From Marsupella aquatica (lineage: Eukaryota > Plantae > Marchantiophyta): a stretch of DNA of 64,000 bases. The notes under the pieces are model-generated. The model worked only from the letters and a program-made list of their open reading frames with translations. It was not told where the DNA came from and did no database searches. Below, in pieces: positions 12,680 through 27,095 of this stretch; the stretch's first letter is position 1; each line of letters begins with the position of its first letter. Where the stretch lies: positions 17,606,095-17,670,094 of the forward strand of contig OZ316891.1 in the NCBI GenBank assembly GCA_973895155.1, in the 5' to 3' direction. A program made the translations under genes and the position numbers.

Positions 12680-15600
12680 ACATGTGACAAAATGGTAGAA
12701 TAATGATTTATGTTTTGTCAAACTTAGTCCTAAGCAGGCAACAACATAGGAGACTGGTACGGGCAATATACAGAACCCCCGGAAAATGGGCGAACATTAA
12801 CTCCATATAAATGGTAGGTGTCTTTTTTGTGACATGGTTTGGGAGAATCCTTTGGAAATCGACGGCCAGATGACAGCATCATTTACTATCACCTTTCTTG
12901 ACCGCCGGAACGAGGAGATAGATATCGAGTGTAATGCAACAGTTTTATGAAATTCAGAGTAGACCAAATAAATGTTCAGCACATAATCATTATTTCTTGA
13001 AATTCACTCTTATGTTAATTTACAGTAGGAGCGTTCCAGACGGGCCCAGCCTGTCAGGGGACGTGCGGGCCCGATAAATCGATAATAAACAAACCGGCTC
13101 CCCTGGAGAATGGACGGCCACCGTCGCAGCTGACCCCGCCAGCGATAGTTTGCAACGGACGGAACGCCGGTAGCACACCTTTGACACGGTATATACAGGA
13201 CCGGGGGAGAATATTCTGGGCAGGGGAGAGCTAGAGAGGGGTTTAGTAGGCTACTGGTATTCTGGCGGTCCACCTGGATCCCTAGCTGGCGTCATCACGT
13301 GACGGAAATGCGTTCCAGAAAAGACAGATTGCAAATATTTCGGGGAAGTTGTGTTTTGTTTTTTTGAAGGGAGGGTATTTCGAATGGTTCTACCCAAGTT
13401 TTTTGGGGACATGGAAGGGAAGGGAGCCTTGTCTTAGTGACGAAAATTAGTTGGGTGAGTTTAGGAGAAGTTGGTGGCAGTTTCAAGTTTTTTCTGGTCT
13501 CCAAAATGTCAAAGGAGCCATCCATTAGAGAAATACACCAGCATTTTACTTTAAACATTGGTGGCTCCGTCCTTCGATACTAGGGCAGCTCAAATATGTC
13601 AATCTTTCAGCTTTGATCACGCCCAGAACTGTCACGGGTTGGGGAAAGTCATGACTGCTTGGGCACCTAATGTGAGGCCCGGCCAGTCAAGCCTGGAATT
13701 GTAAGAGGTTCTGAATTTTGTAGGAAACCCAATCGCATACAGTGTGCCGTGACCCCACTCCCATTTCAGTACCTGAGAAAAACAATTGCCCAGTTGTACC
13801 CTGTTGCGGTGCACCCAAGTGCCTTGTGGGGGCCGTCCATGAGGTGCCATATTTTAATATATGAGACACCGCACTGTTGCCTATCCTAGAATCTTATCCT
13901 TCACTCCAGGTGACCTTGGTCACATTGACAAGAAAGGAAAAACCTGATGTTGAGGGAAGGCAGAAGAGGCCAAGGTTTCTCCCAATTTTGTCATCACACT
14001 ATGTTTTTCTAATTTTATTTTAAGTGTTACAGGAGGTGACCAAATTGCAATGGTGCACTCAAAGTATTCCCAAAGCCATCAAGGCAAAAACTAGCATGGC
14101 ACAGAGAAAAGCAAGGGGCCAGAGGCATGCCAACTAAATGCTGCAGCCCTTGCAACCGCCCAAATATACAACATGCAGGGTTACCGCTACATTCCAGTTA
14201 ACTTAATCAGAGGCTAGAGTTGAGTACCAATAGATATTCTACACCAGGGGTTTTCACTTCTTTTCTTCCAACTCATCACGCTTGAATAAATATAGGACTT
14301 TTTAATGGGTTCAGTGAAAGAATTTTAATTTTTTGTTGAAGAACATTAGGATTATTTTAATCCAATTTTAAGAATTATAAGAATGACAGAGTTTTTTAAA
14401 ACCAAATTTGGGAATATTCAGTTTTTTAGGTTTGCACTTGCTAAAACAAATAAAAAGAAACCTCTTTTTATTTGGACCACTTTTTCTTGCCTTTCATTGT
14501 ACTTTGTTTTTTCCTGGTATATAAACTTTGGTGACTGGTCATTTGTTGGATCCTTTACTTTGACTTAAAGTCTCCCAGCCTGTTTAGTTTCTCTCCAAAG
14601 AAAAAGGAGTAAAGAATAATAGTTGCTGATAGGGCTGGTAAACTTTGAGCTTACATATTTTAGGTGCAAGTTTTTGCCAAATTCCACCTCCCTCAAAATT
14701 GGCTAGATTCTTTCTATGTCAATCACCACTTCACACCAAATCATGGACCCATTCATCAGAATTTGAAGTTTTTCCATAAATGTAGGGATATCCGACGGTC
14801 AAGATATAATCCAAGAAAAATTGATAAGTGATATTTCTAACATCTACTCCCTTAGAGTGGCTAACATTCGCCACACTAGCTAAAAACAAAAAATAAACTT
14901 AAAAAAATAAACTGGTTTGAGCCCTCCCCAGACCGCAGTAAGGAGTCATTCCCGTGAACGCCGACTCGGAAATGGTACCCGGATCTTGATCCGGGATATA
15001 CCGCGTCAACTTTCCCAGCACCGTATTTACGGTAAGTAATATTCCGGCGTGGCGGTTGGGGAAGCCTGAAGTGACCACCACGTGCCCGCCCAGCCTGGCT
15101 GCCCGCAGTCCTGGGCTGCTCCGAGCCTATCATTTATTATACGCCACTTTTTCTTTTCAGTTTTGGCTTGTGCTCAGATTCTACCAAGGTGGTGCCCCCT
15201 CTCTCAGTGACGCAAACTCGATTGCGTGTTTCAGGTAGAATGTCGGATTCCAAGATTATGCGGTTGTGCCCCTAAATTAATTACCAAAGTTATCTGATCA
15301 CAAAAAAATGATACTTGTTTGTCATAATATTGTGGATAACAGAATGCACAATAAACAATATATCTTAATCAGGGGCCAAACAAAGTAGAAAGAAGGACGG
15401 AGAATAAGGTTTGGGGACATTTCCATCACAATAATTAACCGAAGTTCAAAATACTTAACCGAAGTTCACAACATAACTATGATGTCTTGGGTTTATGTCA
15501 TATTTTAAAATGAAAAATAAGTTCTCGTGCAGGTCCTACACTACCCAGGATGGCACTATGGTAGGGGTCATTGTAGAGTGCGAGGAAACAGTAGAAATTT

Positions 15601-18600
15601 TCCTCGCATGAGCAAAAATCTTCCTCAGATGACCCCTAATTTTTCTATATGGAATTGCCTCGCTAACAGGAACCTTGTTGATAACATCCATTTTGGGGAC
15701 TCCTCTTTTTGCTAGCTATCTCGCTAGCCATCTGGAGTCATAAAAAACACAAAAGAAATAGAAAAGCAGCAAAAAGCAAAAGAAATTTAAAACCACAAGA
15801 GTCTAGCTAACAATACTCCCCTCACTAACAAAATTCCTGTTTGCTCGTATTATAGAATACCTCCTATGATAGGTCCTGGTGTTATTGTGGACTACTTGGC
15901 TACAGCAAAGTGCAGTCCACTCGGCCTAAGTGCCCCTTTTTTGTACCTTTAATACCTGCATCAAGGTCTCGACTACACAAGGAAACATAAGCAAAAGTAT
16001 CTATAAGATAAGAGTGTGGATAAACTTATTGATAAGAGATGCTACATGGTCCAAAGGCACTTGATGATAACTGTTGGTGCTTTTTAATGTGTATATTGTT
16101 GCACTTAAGCATTAGAGTCAAAGGTTTACAGGCAAATATTGATAATCCCAGGAGGCAGGAGGATAATGCATTTTAAGAGAGCAAGATCATCAATGTTGCA
16201 CTTATCACATAGTGCAAACCATCATGCTCCACAGACACTTATCTATAAATGTAAGATTTCCAATTTTACACGTATCACTTAATGTGAAGGCTATAGTGTT
16301 CACCTCTCGTTTCTTGTTAAAAGTTCACAGAGTTTATGACTAGAGCAAAGCACTGTTGCTAGTGCTTTACAGGATATAAGTAGCCAAGGCCAGGGTGTTT
16401 CTATCTGGTACAAACAAGAGCAGCAGTGTTTTAGTGAACTTGAAACATGAGGTGCACAAGAGACAAAACATTGTCCAGCGTGTACGGCAGTGATGATCAG
16501 GTTCACTCAATAAAATAAATGATAATTTAAAATCTTGAGTTCCTGGGACAAAATTTTAGGATGACTTTTGTGAGACCTGAGTTTTTCCTACTATGCAAAT
16601 TTAAGATGTATTCCAAGCCTTTTGATGTACATCAACGATATATCAGTGTTGCATTGTTTTGAAAGTAAAAGGAAGATCTAGATATATAAACCATTTTGGC
16701 AAAGCATATCTAATATACATAGAGAGAGACAGTACACTTTGTGCTACCATCTTGGAAGGAAGGTGGTGGATTCTCAGTGATCATAATCAGTCAAAAAATG
16801 TTACTCACAAAGTAAAAAAAGTGGGGGAAAAAAATCTGTTTTGTCCTCCCACAATTTATGGGAAGTGGCAGTTTAAGTCACGGAAAAATCTTTGCCAGTG
16901 TAGTAACGTGAACATGGGCAAGCAGATAAGGGAACCAGGTGGGGAGGTCCAATGCTTCAGATTGGGCTTTGTCTTCAATAGGATGTCTCAAAGCTCGGCA
17001 ATACAAGGACAACGTCTTCTCATTAGGCAAGTTATGAAAACTCCCCTAAAAGTTGTGGAAGTGGATCTTAGGCTACCATAAAGTAAGTCCGCGGACTCAG
17101 CATTTAACCCATAACCTTAACAACTCTCCTATAACTTTATACACAAATCCAAAAATCCTGTAAGTTAGCAATTGCAGGCACATGGTCCATCAGACTTAGG
17201 TGAGGCCATAACACTTGCCTTATGGGGATTTGTAACAGGATAGATCATAGTTTTGTAAAAAATAATCCAGTCTTTGAGACCCATATCAAAACAGGACTAT
17301 AACTGAGATACTACCAAGTACATAAAAATGATTTTATGACGGAGATAAAAACCTTTTGAGTTATTTATATCAGTTCCCTGCAATAATTAGGCGTCCAGGA
17401 AACATTAGCACATAAGATTTTCCATAAGACTAACAGTGCTCTTATCTAATATTAAGATTTTCCTAATAGTGCTCTCACACGCCATAGTGTGTCATCCCAG
17501 GAGGTATTCGCTTGATCTACCCTCAAAATGAAACTTGTTACTTGATCAACCCCCCGAGGTCTATGAACGGTCCAGATCTGGGATCAAAAGGTCCATCCAC
17601 GGTCCAGATTGGGGAAATGTATCGAGAAAGTTGATTAAGCAAACTTTTTCCAGAAGTGGGTCCTTTTTCCAGAAGTGGGTCTACTAAGCATATCTCTCTC
17701 CCAGGAGTGTGCACTTATAGAGACGAGGGTGTATGGAGAATTATGTGAATACTACTACTACAGTAACTGTGGCATCTCGTTTACCGGCGGTCCGGGGCTC
17801 CGGGCAGTCCTAATCGCGTTCTCCGGTGGATACCCTTCGCTCCCAGAAGCGCCCGGCTTCCCGCGCTTCTGTCCTTTCGTTTCCAGCTCGCCTGCCCCGC
17901 CATGATGCGCCGAGCATATTCCAACAAGTACGGTACGGTGCAGCAGCAGTTTGGCGAGCGCATCGACGACCCGCTTAAGTTTTTCTCCTCCGGAATGCGG
18001 AATCGATCGAGAAAATAGACCGATGGAGTGCGTCGAGAGGAGGAGCTTCATAATTGCTTGCTTGCTCTGTTTGCCAGACGAGTGCTTTATTATTACAGTA
18101 GTCGGAATGGTAGAAGAATGATGCTCGACGAGGAATGAAATGTAAGAACTGCGAGACTACTGCCTCCTCTCGTGCGAGACCTGATGACGCTCGGAGGAGG
18201 ATTCGGGGCTGAAGATTTTTTGTTCCCCTTGGGCTTTCGTTTTAGTGCGGCGAATTGAATGTCGTTCTGTCTGGTGGCTCCCGGCTGTACATTATCTCCA
18301 CGCCTACACCTGGCCAAGCGGTCCTGCTATGATGCTGTTCACGATACTGTCGGTGGAGCAGGAGGAGTTGAAATCATTTTCAATTCCACCGGGCCGGAAC
18401 ACTTGTGGCGACTGGACGCCGGACGATCCTGAGGGACCGACCGAGCATAGGAAAAAACGATCGTGTTGTGCCAGGAGAAGGAATTCGCCTGGACTTAGGA
18501 GGTGGTGACTGCGGACGGAGGTGTGGCGTGCCGTGTGCAAGTTTGTTGTCTGCGGCTGGTTCTTTGAAAGAGCCAGATTCATAAAATTAATCTGTGAGTT

Positions 18601-19185
18601 GCACGAGACGAGAACACTTTAGTCGGGTAGATTTGATTGCGAGCGTTTGCTGTTGGTCCCTATTTCTGTGAGGGCCTCAGTGGTGATGGTGGTGGAGCTC
18701 GTGAGGAGGCGAGCGAGCGGAGTGGCCTGAAGATTCCGACGGCTGCCAATGTTGGTGTAGGTGGACGACAGTAGTGAAACAGTGTGAGTTTGTTTAGAAG
18801 CCTGACTGATGCATTGATTCATTAATCGATCGATCGATCTATGTCCTGATCAATCCAGAGACCTCTCGACTTCAGAACAGCAATGGAGAGGAGATTGGTT
18901 CGGAGGGAAGGAGGTCGAGGATATTCAAGATGTAGCTGCAGCTGCAGCTGGAGTAGTGGCGTTGAGCATGTTCAGGAGCCTTGTTTCCGTGGTGGATCGG
19001 GCGAAGAATGTCGGGCGGTAGTGATTCTCTGAAGCAGGAGATGGTGGAGGGCGAAGTGGAGCGGCGCCCGACCGCCGCTGCACGCCGGAGGGAAGAACAT
19101 GGTGGAGCGAGTGCTGAACGTTTTGTTGCCGATTATTTTGAGAATTGACAGGGTGTTATGACTCCGATGTTTTAGGATCCTAAGC

Positions 19186-22100
19186 ATGGCTTGGGAGCGG
19201 AGGAGCCGGTCTTCGGCCTCGAGTAATCGGAGGCGTGGAACAACAGCGATGAACTCACTCGAATCTACGAGCTCGCTCCAACCGTGGGCATGTTCGAGCC
19301 TTTCTTCGTCTGACAAATTCCTTTCCCTTTATGAGAAGATGCAGAAAGACAGGGAGAAGAAAAATTTGGATTCTCTGATTTGCACTCCGTGTATAGAACA
19401 ACAAGGACTACTGCAAGAAGAGCAGCAACATTTTCCCGCTTTGCTACCTCCAACGCTGATGATGACGAACAAGCCTGGTAGCAAAATTGTGTTTCCTCAC
19501 ATCACAAGCAGAGGATCTCTCGTAGGCAATAAAGTGTACTGCAGAACGTCCGTTCACACTAGCATCACTTGGAGGCAAAAGAGCAGCACGCAGCGAATGG
19601 ACACCTCCTTGATGATTCTCAATTATTATCAGGACAGATCTAGTGCTAGTAATCGTCGTCTGCTTGGCGGAAAGCAACAACACCCACAAAGCTTACCTCC
19701 TGCTGGCCCCGCCGATTCCATAACTTCACTGCAGGGACCGGGGCATTCTTTAGATAAGGGGCAATGCAGGGGATTGTTCTTAAGTTTGGCGGGGGCGGCG
19801 GGAATGCGGCTGATATGCCCTCCTGTGCAGTTGCCCCTGCTGGAATTCTTACTCTTCTTTCGCGAGCAGTTATCAAAAAACAAAGATACTCCTCTCGCTG
19901 AGCGAGGAAGGGCGGGATTGTGGCGCTTCCCCGTAAATTTGGCCCTTGCAACGCTGAGGCCGTTCTGCGGGTCTTTAGGAGGTCGTTGCCTGACCGCTTT
20001 GCTGTGCCTCGCTCAGATGAGGAGTAAGGCAAACAACAACTGCATTACCACCAGCGAACAACATAATTTGATGAGGTACATCTCAGTGCCAGAAGATCTG
20101 TATTCAGTTGTGAGTGAATGCAACGATCTTGATCGTAAAGAAGTCACAAAACCCTGTTCCACCAATCATTTCCAAGTTGACGATTCGGTCGTCACAATGA
20201 CTGAAGAGAACGGCGACGTTGCAGCAACAGAGCGGACGGGGCAGAATCATAATGGTAATAATAATCGTAGCATTATGCTTCTGTCAAACGTAGTGGTAGG
20301 CTCCGAGTTTGAAGAAGAATGTTGGAGTAACAATGGGGTTCAGGTTATGGAAATACGGATCAGCGAGAGTGAAGACGGTCTTTCAGACGACACTGTACTG
20401 ACCTCCTTGGCTGAGGACCAGGAAAACTTTGGCTCCAACTCTGTCTCTGGGCGCTCGGCGGACTCCGAATTTTCTCTTGTCGATCTTGAGGAGGAGAATT
20501 CATCATCCGATCCATGCCTGAAACTCGAAGAAAATGAGGAATCAAGCTCTGAAAATGTTCTTGTTTTCGTGTCTAGCAATGGACTTATTGTTGGTGGGGA
20601 AGAAGCAAGAACGAAATCGTTTGCTCAATCGAATTTGGCCGTTTCGCCTCCCGCACCCCCTTTAGTGTGGGAGGCCCCGTCCAGCATCACCGTTGTGAAG
20701 GCTGCTGCAGACTGGTCAGGCACTGTGTCCTCTATAGAGGATTCGGAGTGCGTTGTCGCAGAGGATGCCGTGACTTGGACGGACAGAATGTGTCTATCAG
20801 AAGAGGAGCAACCGGATTCTACATCTCGTTCCCAGATAACGCTCAACTTGAAGATCTCCACTCAGGAGCTCGACGAAGATGATGACCCGTGTTCAGCATC
20901 TAGAGAAAGCGATGAGGCTGCAGTTGTGGTGGAGTCCCGGGTGAGCACACCACAGGCTTTGGCAGAAGAAACGGTTGAAAATCAAGTGGGAAACGAACAT
21001 CATGATGAAAACTTCGGTCACTTCGTTGAGGGAGAGTCTCCGGATAGGCTTGTGGGACAGGAAGTCGCGGTTTGCCGCATCGAGGAGCACAGAATTGATG
21101 AAACGAATTGTGTATCAATGGAAGGATTGCGAGTGCAAGTTGAGGTCTTTCCGTCGGAGAGAATCAGTACTGAAAATGAATTTGAGAAGGACTCATCCAA
21201 CAATCTTCGACGAGGACACTACAAAGTGGAATTTGATGGAGATGCGTGCGATTTTACATTATCCGAAAAGTTGCCAAAGCAGATGGAGGTTTTTCTGCCT
21301 CACAGGATTACTGATGGGAACGACATTGCGAAGGCCGATCTGACGGTGGCCGTGGAAAGCTTATCTTTGGTTTTGGAGGAAATGGCAGAAAATCAAGCTG
21401 TGAATGAACCACAGGAAGTGAAATCTGACGTCTGCGTTGTGGACGAAGAGTCAGCAGGCAGTGTACTCGATAGTCCCAACGAGGAGGGCGTAGTTGGCGG
21501 CAGCGTCTGTGTCTCACCCGACTCGTTGCCAGACCTGATCGAGCTTTTGATGGAAGCTAATTGGATTGGTGCTAGACAGGAATTTGCGAGGGCTGCAGTC
21601 TCAGTGCCCGCGGAAAAGCCATCACCAGCTTTGACAAGCGTAGCAGAAAATCAAGCCGTCAAGAACCGCCAGGACGAAGGAAAATACACACATTTCGTAG
21701 GGGAAAAATCAGCCGTGAAGGCCCTTTGTCAGGGACTTGCGGTTGGTCCCATCGAAAATCGAGTAGTCGAGGAAATTCGGGAAATAGAATCTGAACACCG
21801 CACAGAGGAAACGTTAGCAGAAGAGGAGCACAGAATTGACGGCAATGATTGCGATGATTGGCTCGAAAGTCTGCTAGAGCAGGTCGAGGTTTTCATTGCT
21901 GAAAGGGCTGATGCCTTAAGGGATCATGAGGAGGCCTCTGTATCGAAAGTGGGAGAAAATCAAGCCGTCAAGGACATACAGGAAGTGAATTCCACATTTC
22001 CTGTAAAGGGAATATCACCAGAGCGTGTTCACGATCAGGAATGCGAGGTTCGTCCCATCGTTGAGTACAGGATTGACGATGAGAATTGTATACCGTCGGA

Positions 22101-25100
22101 AAGGTTGCAAGGTGAAACCGAAGTTTTTCTATCTCACAGGAGTAGTTCTGAAATCAAAGTTGATGAGAAGGAATCACAGACTGCAAGCGCTGTGATGGTG
22201 TCCCTGAACAACCAATCGCTGTGTTTGACGGAAAGGTTGGAGAAGGAAGTCAAGGAAATTCACGCAGTGAACACTAGTCACCTTGCTGAGGAAAAACCAG
22301 CAGGCGGGCTTCACAATCAGGATCTTGACTTTGAGTTTTGTCCTGTTGAGCACAGAATTGGCGACAGGGACCGTGAATTGCTCGAAATATTGCAAGAGGA
22401 GTGCGATTCTTTTCTCTCAAACAGTACCAGTTCTGAGGTTGATTCTGTGAAGGGAACGCCCGCTGGGGTTACTGTGGCTTTGTCCATGGAAGTTCAGTCA
22501 TCTGCGGTGACGGAATTGTTTGAAGATCAACCCATCAGAAAAATCCAAGAAGTGAGATGCTCTGACTTAGTAGAAAAATACGGAGAGAGGGTTGTCAATC
22601 AGGAACCTGAGGTTTGTTCCATCCAGGGTGGTGGAATCCAAAGCGAAGAAAACTTCTCTTCTAACCATTCTGGTGCGTCCTCTGGAGAATTATGCCTGGA
22701 GCATCCTCAATCCAAGCTCATCTGCTGGACAGGTGGAAGTTCATCGGAGCCGTCCACACAAACGTAAGCTGACTTTGTCAATGTTTTTGTCCAGTATGCC
22801 ATTTGAATTCCGTATTCTTCATTGTTTCTCCAATTCACCGACTCATTCTGCTAGATATCTGTTTCCCTTTTTGCATCGGCGTTAGTTGTGACGTCTGGCG
22901 GAAATCCTCATACGCTCGATGCTATGACTCCCATGAGCGCATCGTGCTTTTGTGCATTCTCCTCGTTCCCTTCTTTTGGTGAGCAGCTCCCCCCAATACA
23001 CGCATGACACACAATCACATTGCTCAATTGAATTTAGAACAAGTCTTTGGGATACCAAGCACTGAACTATTTTATCAGATGCCTCAATTTCGCTGACAGT
23101 TGTTGGAAAGTTCTTTGGATTGTTTCTGTGGGCATCCAGCCGTCCACACACACTAATTGTGTGATTCACTTTCTAAAGGGTTGTTCACGTGGAATGGACG
23201 GAGTTTCAAGCTGTATTGACAAATTCCTTCGTCTCTTACTGCAGCTCTTTAACTAGTCGACTAAATAGTGCCACTGAGGCAGTAGATAAGGAACTCGACG
23301 CAGATAGTGGGGCGACTGCTGTCGTTCAGGACGACGAAATCAGCCATGACGAAAGGGATGGACACAGAGCAACTGAGGCGAAGGTCCTGGATGAGATTAC
23401 AGTAGCTGATGGCGACAGTCAACTATCAACCGTTGTGTCGGTCTCTGATGACAACGGCAATTTGAATCCGTTATGTGCGGTCGCAGAAGAAGTTGGCAGG
23501 AACGGATCCCCTGAAACGTGTTCAGAAGGCGCTTCGAGTACAAAGAGTTGTGGTGCCGCGCAAAGTTCCTTAGAGCACCCATTCGCTGATCACCCTAAGT
23601 GTATAGAGCTCAGAGAGGTGAGGGTCGCAGCTTTGGGTTGATCTCAATCGTTTCAGCTCAGTTGCCGTCCCGAGATCATTCGTTGTCATTTGTCGTTGAT
23701 TTGTCGTCATCTGCTTATTTTACAGCGCCGGCATTCGCATGGGGACCAAACGTACATCGACATGCAGAACCTGTTGCCTGCACCTTGGGGTCAACTCATA
23801 TTCTGGCATGGTCGCTGTAAGGAAGGTAGACCAACATTGTGTGTTCTGCTCGGAAAGGCTGTTCGGGAGCTGCCGGGGCACGAACTAAAGAATTTTATCG
23901 AGGTGACCGGTAAGCTATCCTGTCGAACACTCTGATTGATTGCCGTCTTCTAAATATGACACAATCGAATGCAACGTTATACCTGTTTGTGAAGTATTTT
24001 AGGCTGAATTGCATGTGTGGACTGGATATTTCTGCTACGATTTTCGATTGTGATATTGGTCTCACGACGTGGCGACTTCTTTTCATGCAGTTTCTCACTT
24101 GGAATATGCCGAGCTGAATTTCTTCAAAGGAAATGTGAAGCAAATGAATATTCTTATGGATCTCGAGGGTATCGGTTTTATGAGGTTGCCACCCATGCAT
24201 ATTTTGTCAGCCATCGGTGCCGTCCTCAACAGAGATTATGCAGGTCTGGCTGTCCTCTCTAGTTCCTTCTATCTCTGGTTTTTCCTGTTTCACATTCGTA
24301 CTTGATCATGGCCTGGGAGTCGTCTTTTCTTTCCTCGATATCTCATTGTACGAATTTCGTCGGCCCAATACTCATCGGGGACTGGTTTGGTCATTGGGAT
24401 CAGGTCGAGGAGGCTGGATTATTTTGGTGAATGCGCCTCTCATGCTCGGCTTCGTGATAAGTGCCATTCAAGGAGTCATCTTGCGACCCTCAAACAACAA
24501 AGGAGCTGCGATTGACAGCTCATTCAAAGGGTTTCTGGGTATGTAGAAATCCCCTAGATGGATGGATTCCTCCATCGCAGTTATTGTCTCCAGTTAAAAG
24601 CTGCATGTTTCTTCGAGGCATATGCTGGGTACTGGAAACGGAAGGTAGAAGAGAGCGATTTTGTCATACTAAGTAAAATTTTTACAAAGTTTTGACTGGA
24701 ATGTTCAGCGCTGGAGTATCTAATCCTTGTCGTGCACTGATTGCAGAAGGCAAGGAACGAATTATGATGATGGGGGGAAAATACAGGTCGGCCTTGCAGG
24801 TAAAGTCGTCTCATCAACGAACCATAACAAAATTTTATGAAAGGATGATGGACAGATTTTCATAGCCCAATCTACTTTCATAAGGGCCTTGCGCAGTCTC
24901 TCTTTATTTTCAATTCAGGAGATAGGGTTGATTGCGGGACGTACACGTTAAAGGAGATGTTACTTGGGAAAAGTTCTAATGTAGTCCTAATCGATTGCAG
25001 AAACATTTCGACTCAAGAATGTTACCCGTTGCACTATGTGGTGACTGCTCTTGCAGCTCATATGAAAAGCCATGTAAACTTGGAAATGAATTCCTCAAAT

Positions 25101-25123
25101 TGCCGTGGGACTCGCACATATAA
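19186..25123 (+). CDS. Large Sec14/CRAL-TRIO lipid-binding domain protein with ~1,340-aa acidic, repeat-containing N-terminal region; exons approx. 19186-22763, 23179-23617, 23726-23909, 24091-24243, 24404-24538, 24747-24799, 25001-25123
   Basis: The 1193-aa ORF ends at a donor (AAAC|gtaag) that is phase-compatible with the exon at 23179. Downstream exons give FWHGRCKEGRPTLCVLLG...VSHLEY...ILMDLEGIGFMRLP...LNRDYAGRGGWIILVNAP...KHFDSRMLPVALCGDCSC, a CRAL-TRIO fold resembling the At1g05370/At3g22410-type subfamily (from memory). The true start codon is uncertain. Confidence 0.78.
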
Positions 25124-27095
25124 CGTGAGGGAACATCCTAGTAGAACACAAGTTCCCACATTTTCTGCTTGGGTGGACAAGGTCATTCAACTTCTAACTG
25201 ATCATGTCAGTACTCATTCTGTATAGAAAGGCAAAGTTCGTCACATCTTGGCAGAGTGGCGTATACAGTATTAAGGATGTAGATTTTTGATCTCATTGAT
25301 GGCTTCGGGACCTACTGATTAGTAGTTACCCGTGGAATGTCAACTATTACTCCATTCTTTTGTGTATCAAAACAAGTTGCAGAAACTCGAGGTCTAATTG
25401 CTAGGGTTTAGGTTTTAGGGACACGAAGTCTTCTTTTGTGTATATGACTTTACTCGGGGCAGAAATTTGATAGAATAACTAGATAGAAAAGATTGGTAAA
25501 ATTAGGCCAGGACTGGCATGAGATTTTATTTTCCTCTCTCCCATACAAATTGAATTAGAAGTGCCACACTTCTTCGGCATGACACTTCTGTGAACGAGAT
25601 TTTTCCCTCCAGTTTGTCCACGAACATATTCATGACCATCGGTGTACAAAAGGATTTTTTGCGAGTCTCTGTTGTTGAGGACCTGCCATAGTTCATCGCC
25701 TCGCAACTCTGTAAAATGGCAAAATGCTTCAATCATCGTTTCACACTACAGGTTACTAGTTGATTGATGAGAAAATCTCTAGTGCTGCAGGTTACCGGTT
25801 TATAGAGTGACCGTCGAATGTAGTCAAAAACTTTAGACGAAGCTAAGTTGGTGATTACAAGCAGGGTCATTGACGAGAGAGTCGAATGCGGTCTAAAATT
25901 CAGGCGACAATGATTTTGCAATTAAGTAGGTGCAATTACTGAATTCAATAACTGAGCTAGATAGCTTGGTGCTGGCCATATTACACTTGGTGGTCGGTAA
26001 ATCCTGGAAGTTGTACATGGGAAGATGACCCATCGGCAACGTATGTAGTTGGAGTCTCCAATAGCTAAGTTCATACTCGGCAGTGTTGCATTTCGTGATT
26101 TTTCGGATTGCGCACACAATTTTTGTAAATCTGGCTGGCGTGGAAGGTTAGTGACTTTCGATAGCTTCATCAACTTTCTGAAATTTTTGCATTCGGACCT
26201 CATCTATCTTCATTCTTTTACCGATCTATCCCTCAACATGTTTGTAGGACAGAACTTAGTCAGTCCTTGCCATTATATGCCTCACAAGCAGGTGACCAAC
26301 TGACCATGATTATCAGACAATGTAAGAGAAGAACCATGTGTGAACTGATTTATCTTCCTTTTTCCGCCAATCTCTCTCGAACAGGTTAGAACGATTGTCC
26401 GCCTTCGACGGTTAAACTCATTTCTGTATCTCACCAGCAGGTGGCTGGCCATGATTATGAGACCCCTCTTAAAATAAAGAGAACAACCATGGGTTTCTTA
26501 ATGCAAGGCATCTCATCTTCAAGAATTTGACCCGAACCAATTTGAAGGGACAACGCATCCGTGCCATGCCTTTAAATCAAAAGGCTCTATACTAGACACC
26601 AAAACAGTCATCCAAATACTGGTATGTGGAGGAAACCCTCCCACGGAACCCATGGACAAACATTTCTCAGAGTACATAACCAAGGGCACGATGAATGGGA
26701 AAACGAATTGTGCTTGTCCCGTCCATACGCAACCTACCCAGACTTCTGAACGTGCAACAACCATTACAATTAGTTTGAGAAGATAAACATGAAACAGAAG
26801 GCCATTCAACATGAAGGGTCTTGCAAAGAACTACTTACACTAGAAAGAAATTGGCAGAGGAGGAAAATGAGCGTGTCCTTTTCGCACGTCGTTGTGTCAT
26901 TGCCCCAGATACTCCACACCAGTACAAGATGACTTAACTCATTCAAGTCTGCTGACGTTAATGTTTAAGCAGTACCCTTACAGTGAATGCATGTACACAC
27001 CACGCCATATTGGAAGGTGCCTTTTAATGAAATGGATCCGAGTCCACCTCCTCCAAAGCTTGGTGAACATAAGAAATTTGTACAAAGACCTAACT

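Noticed and set aside
16000-17100. hAT transposase relic
   Set aside because: Only vague motif resemblance in heavily interrupted frames; cannot be supported without a profile search.
25400-26300. Pseudogene fragment or interstitial telomere (ctagggtttaggttttaggg at ~25401)
   Set aside because: Only 2-3 imperfect telomere units, and the short ORFs have no identifiable homology by eye.
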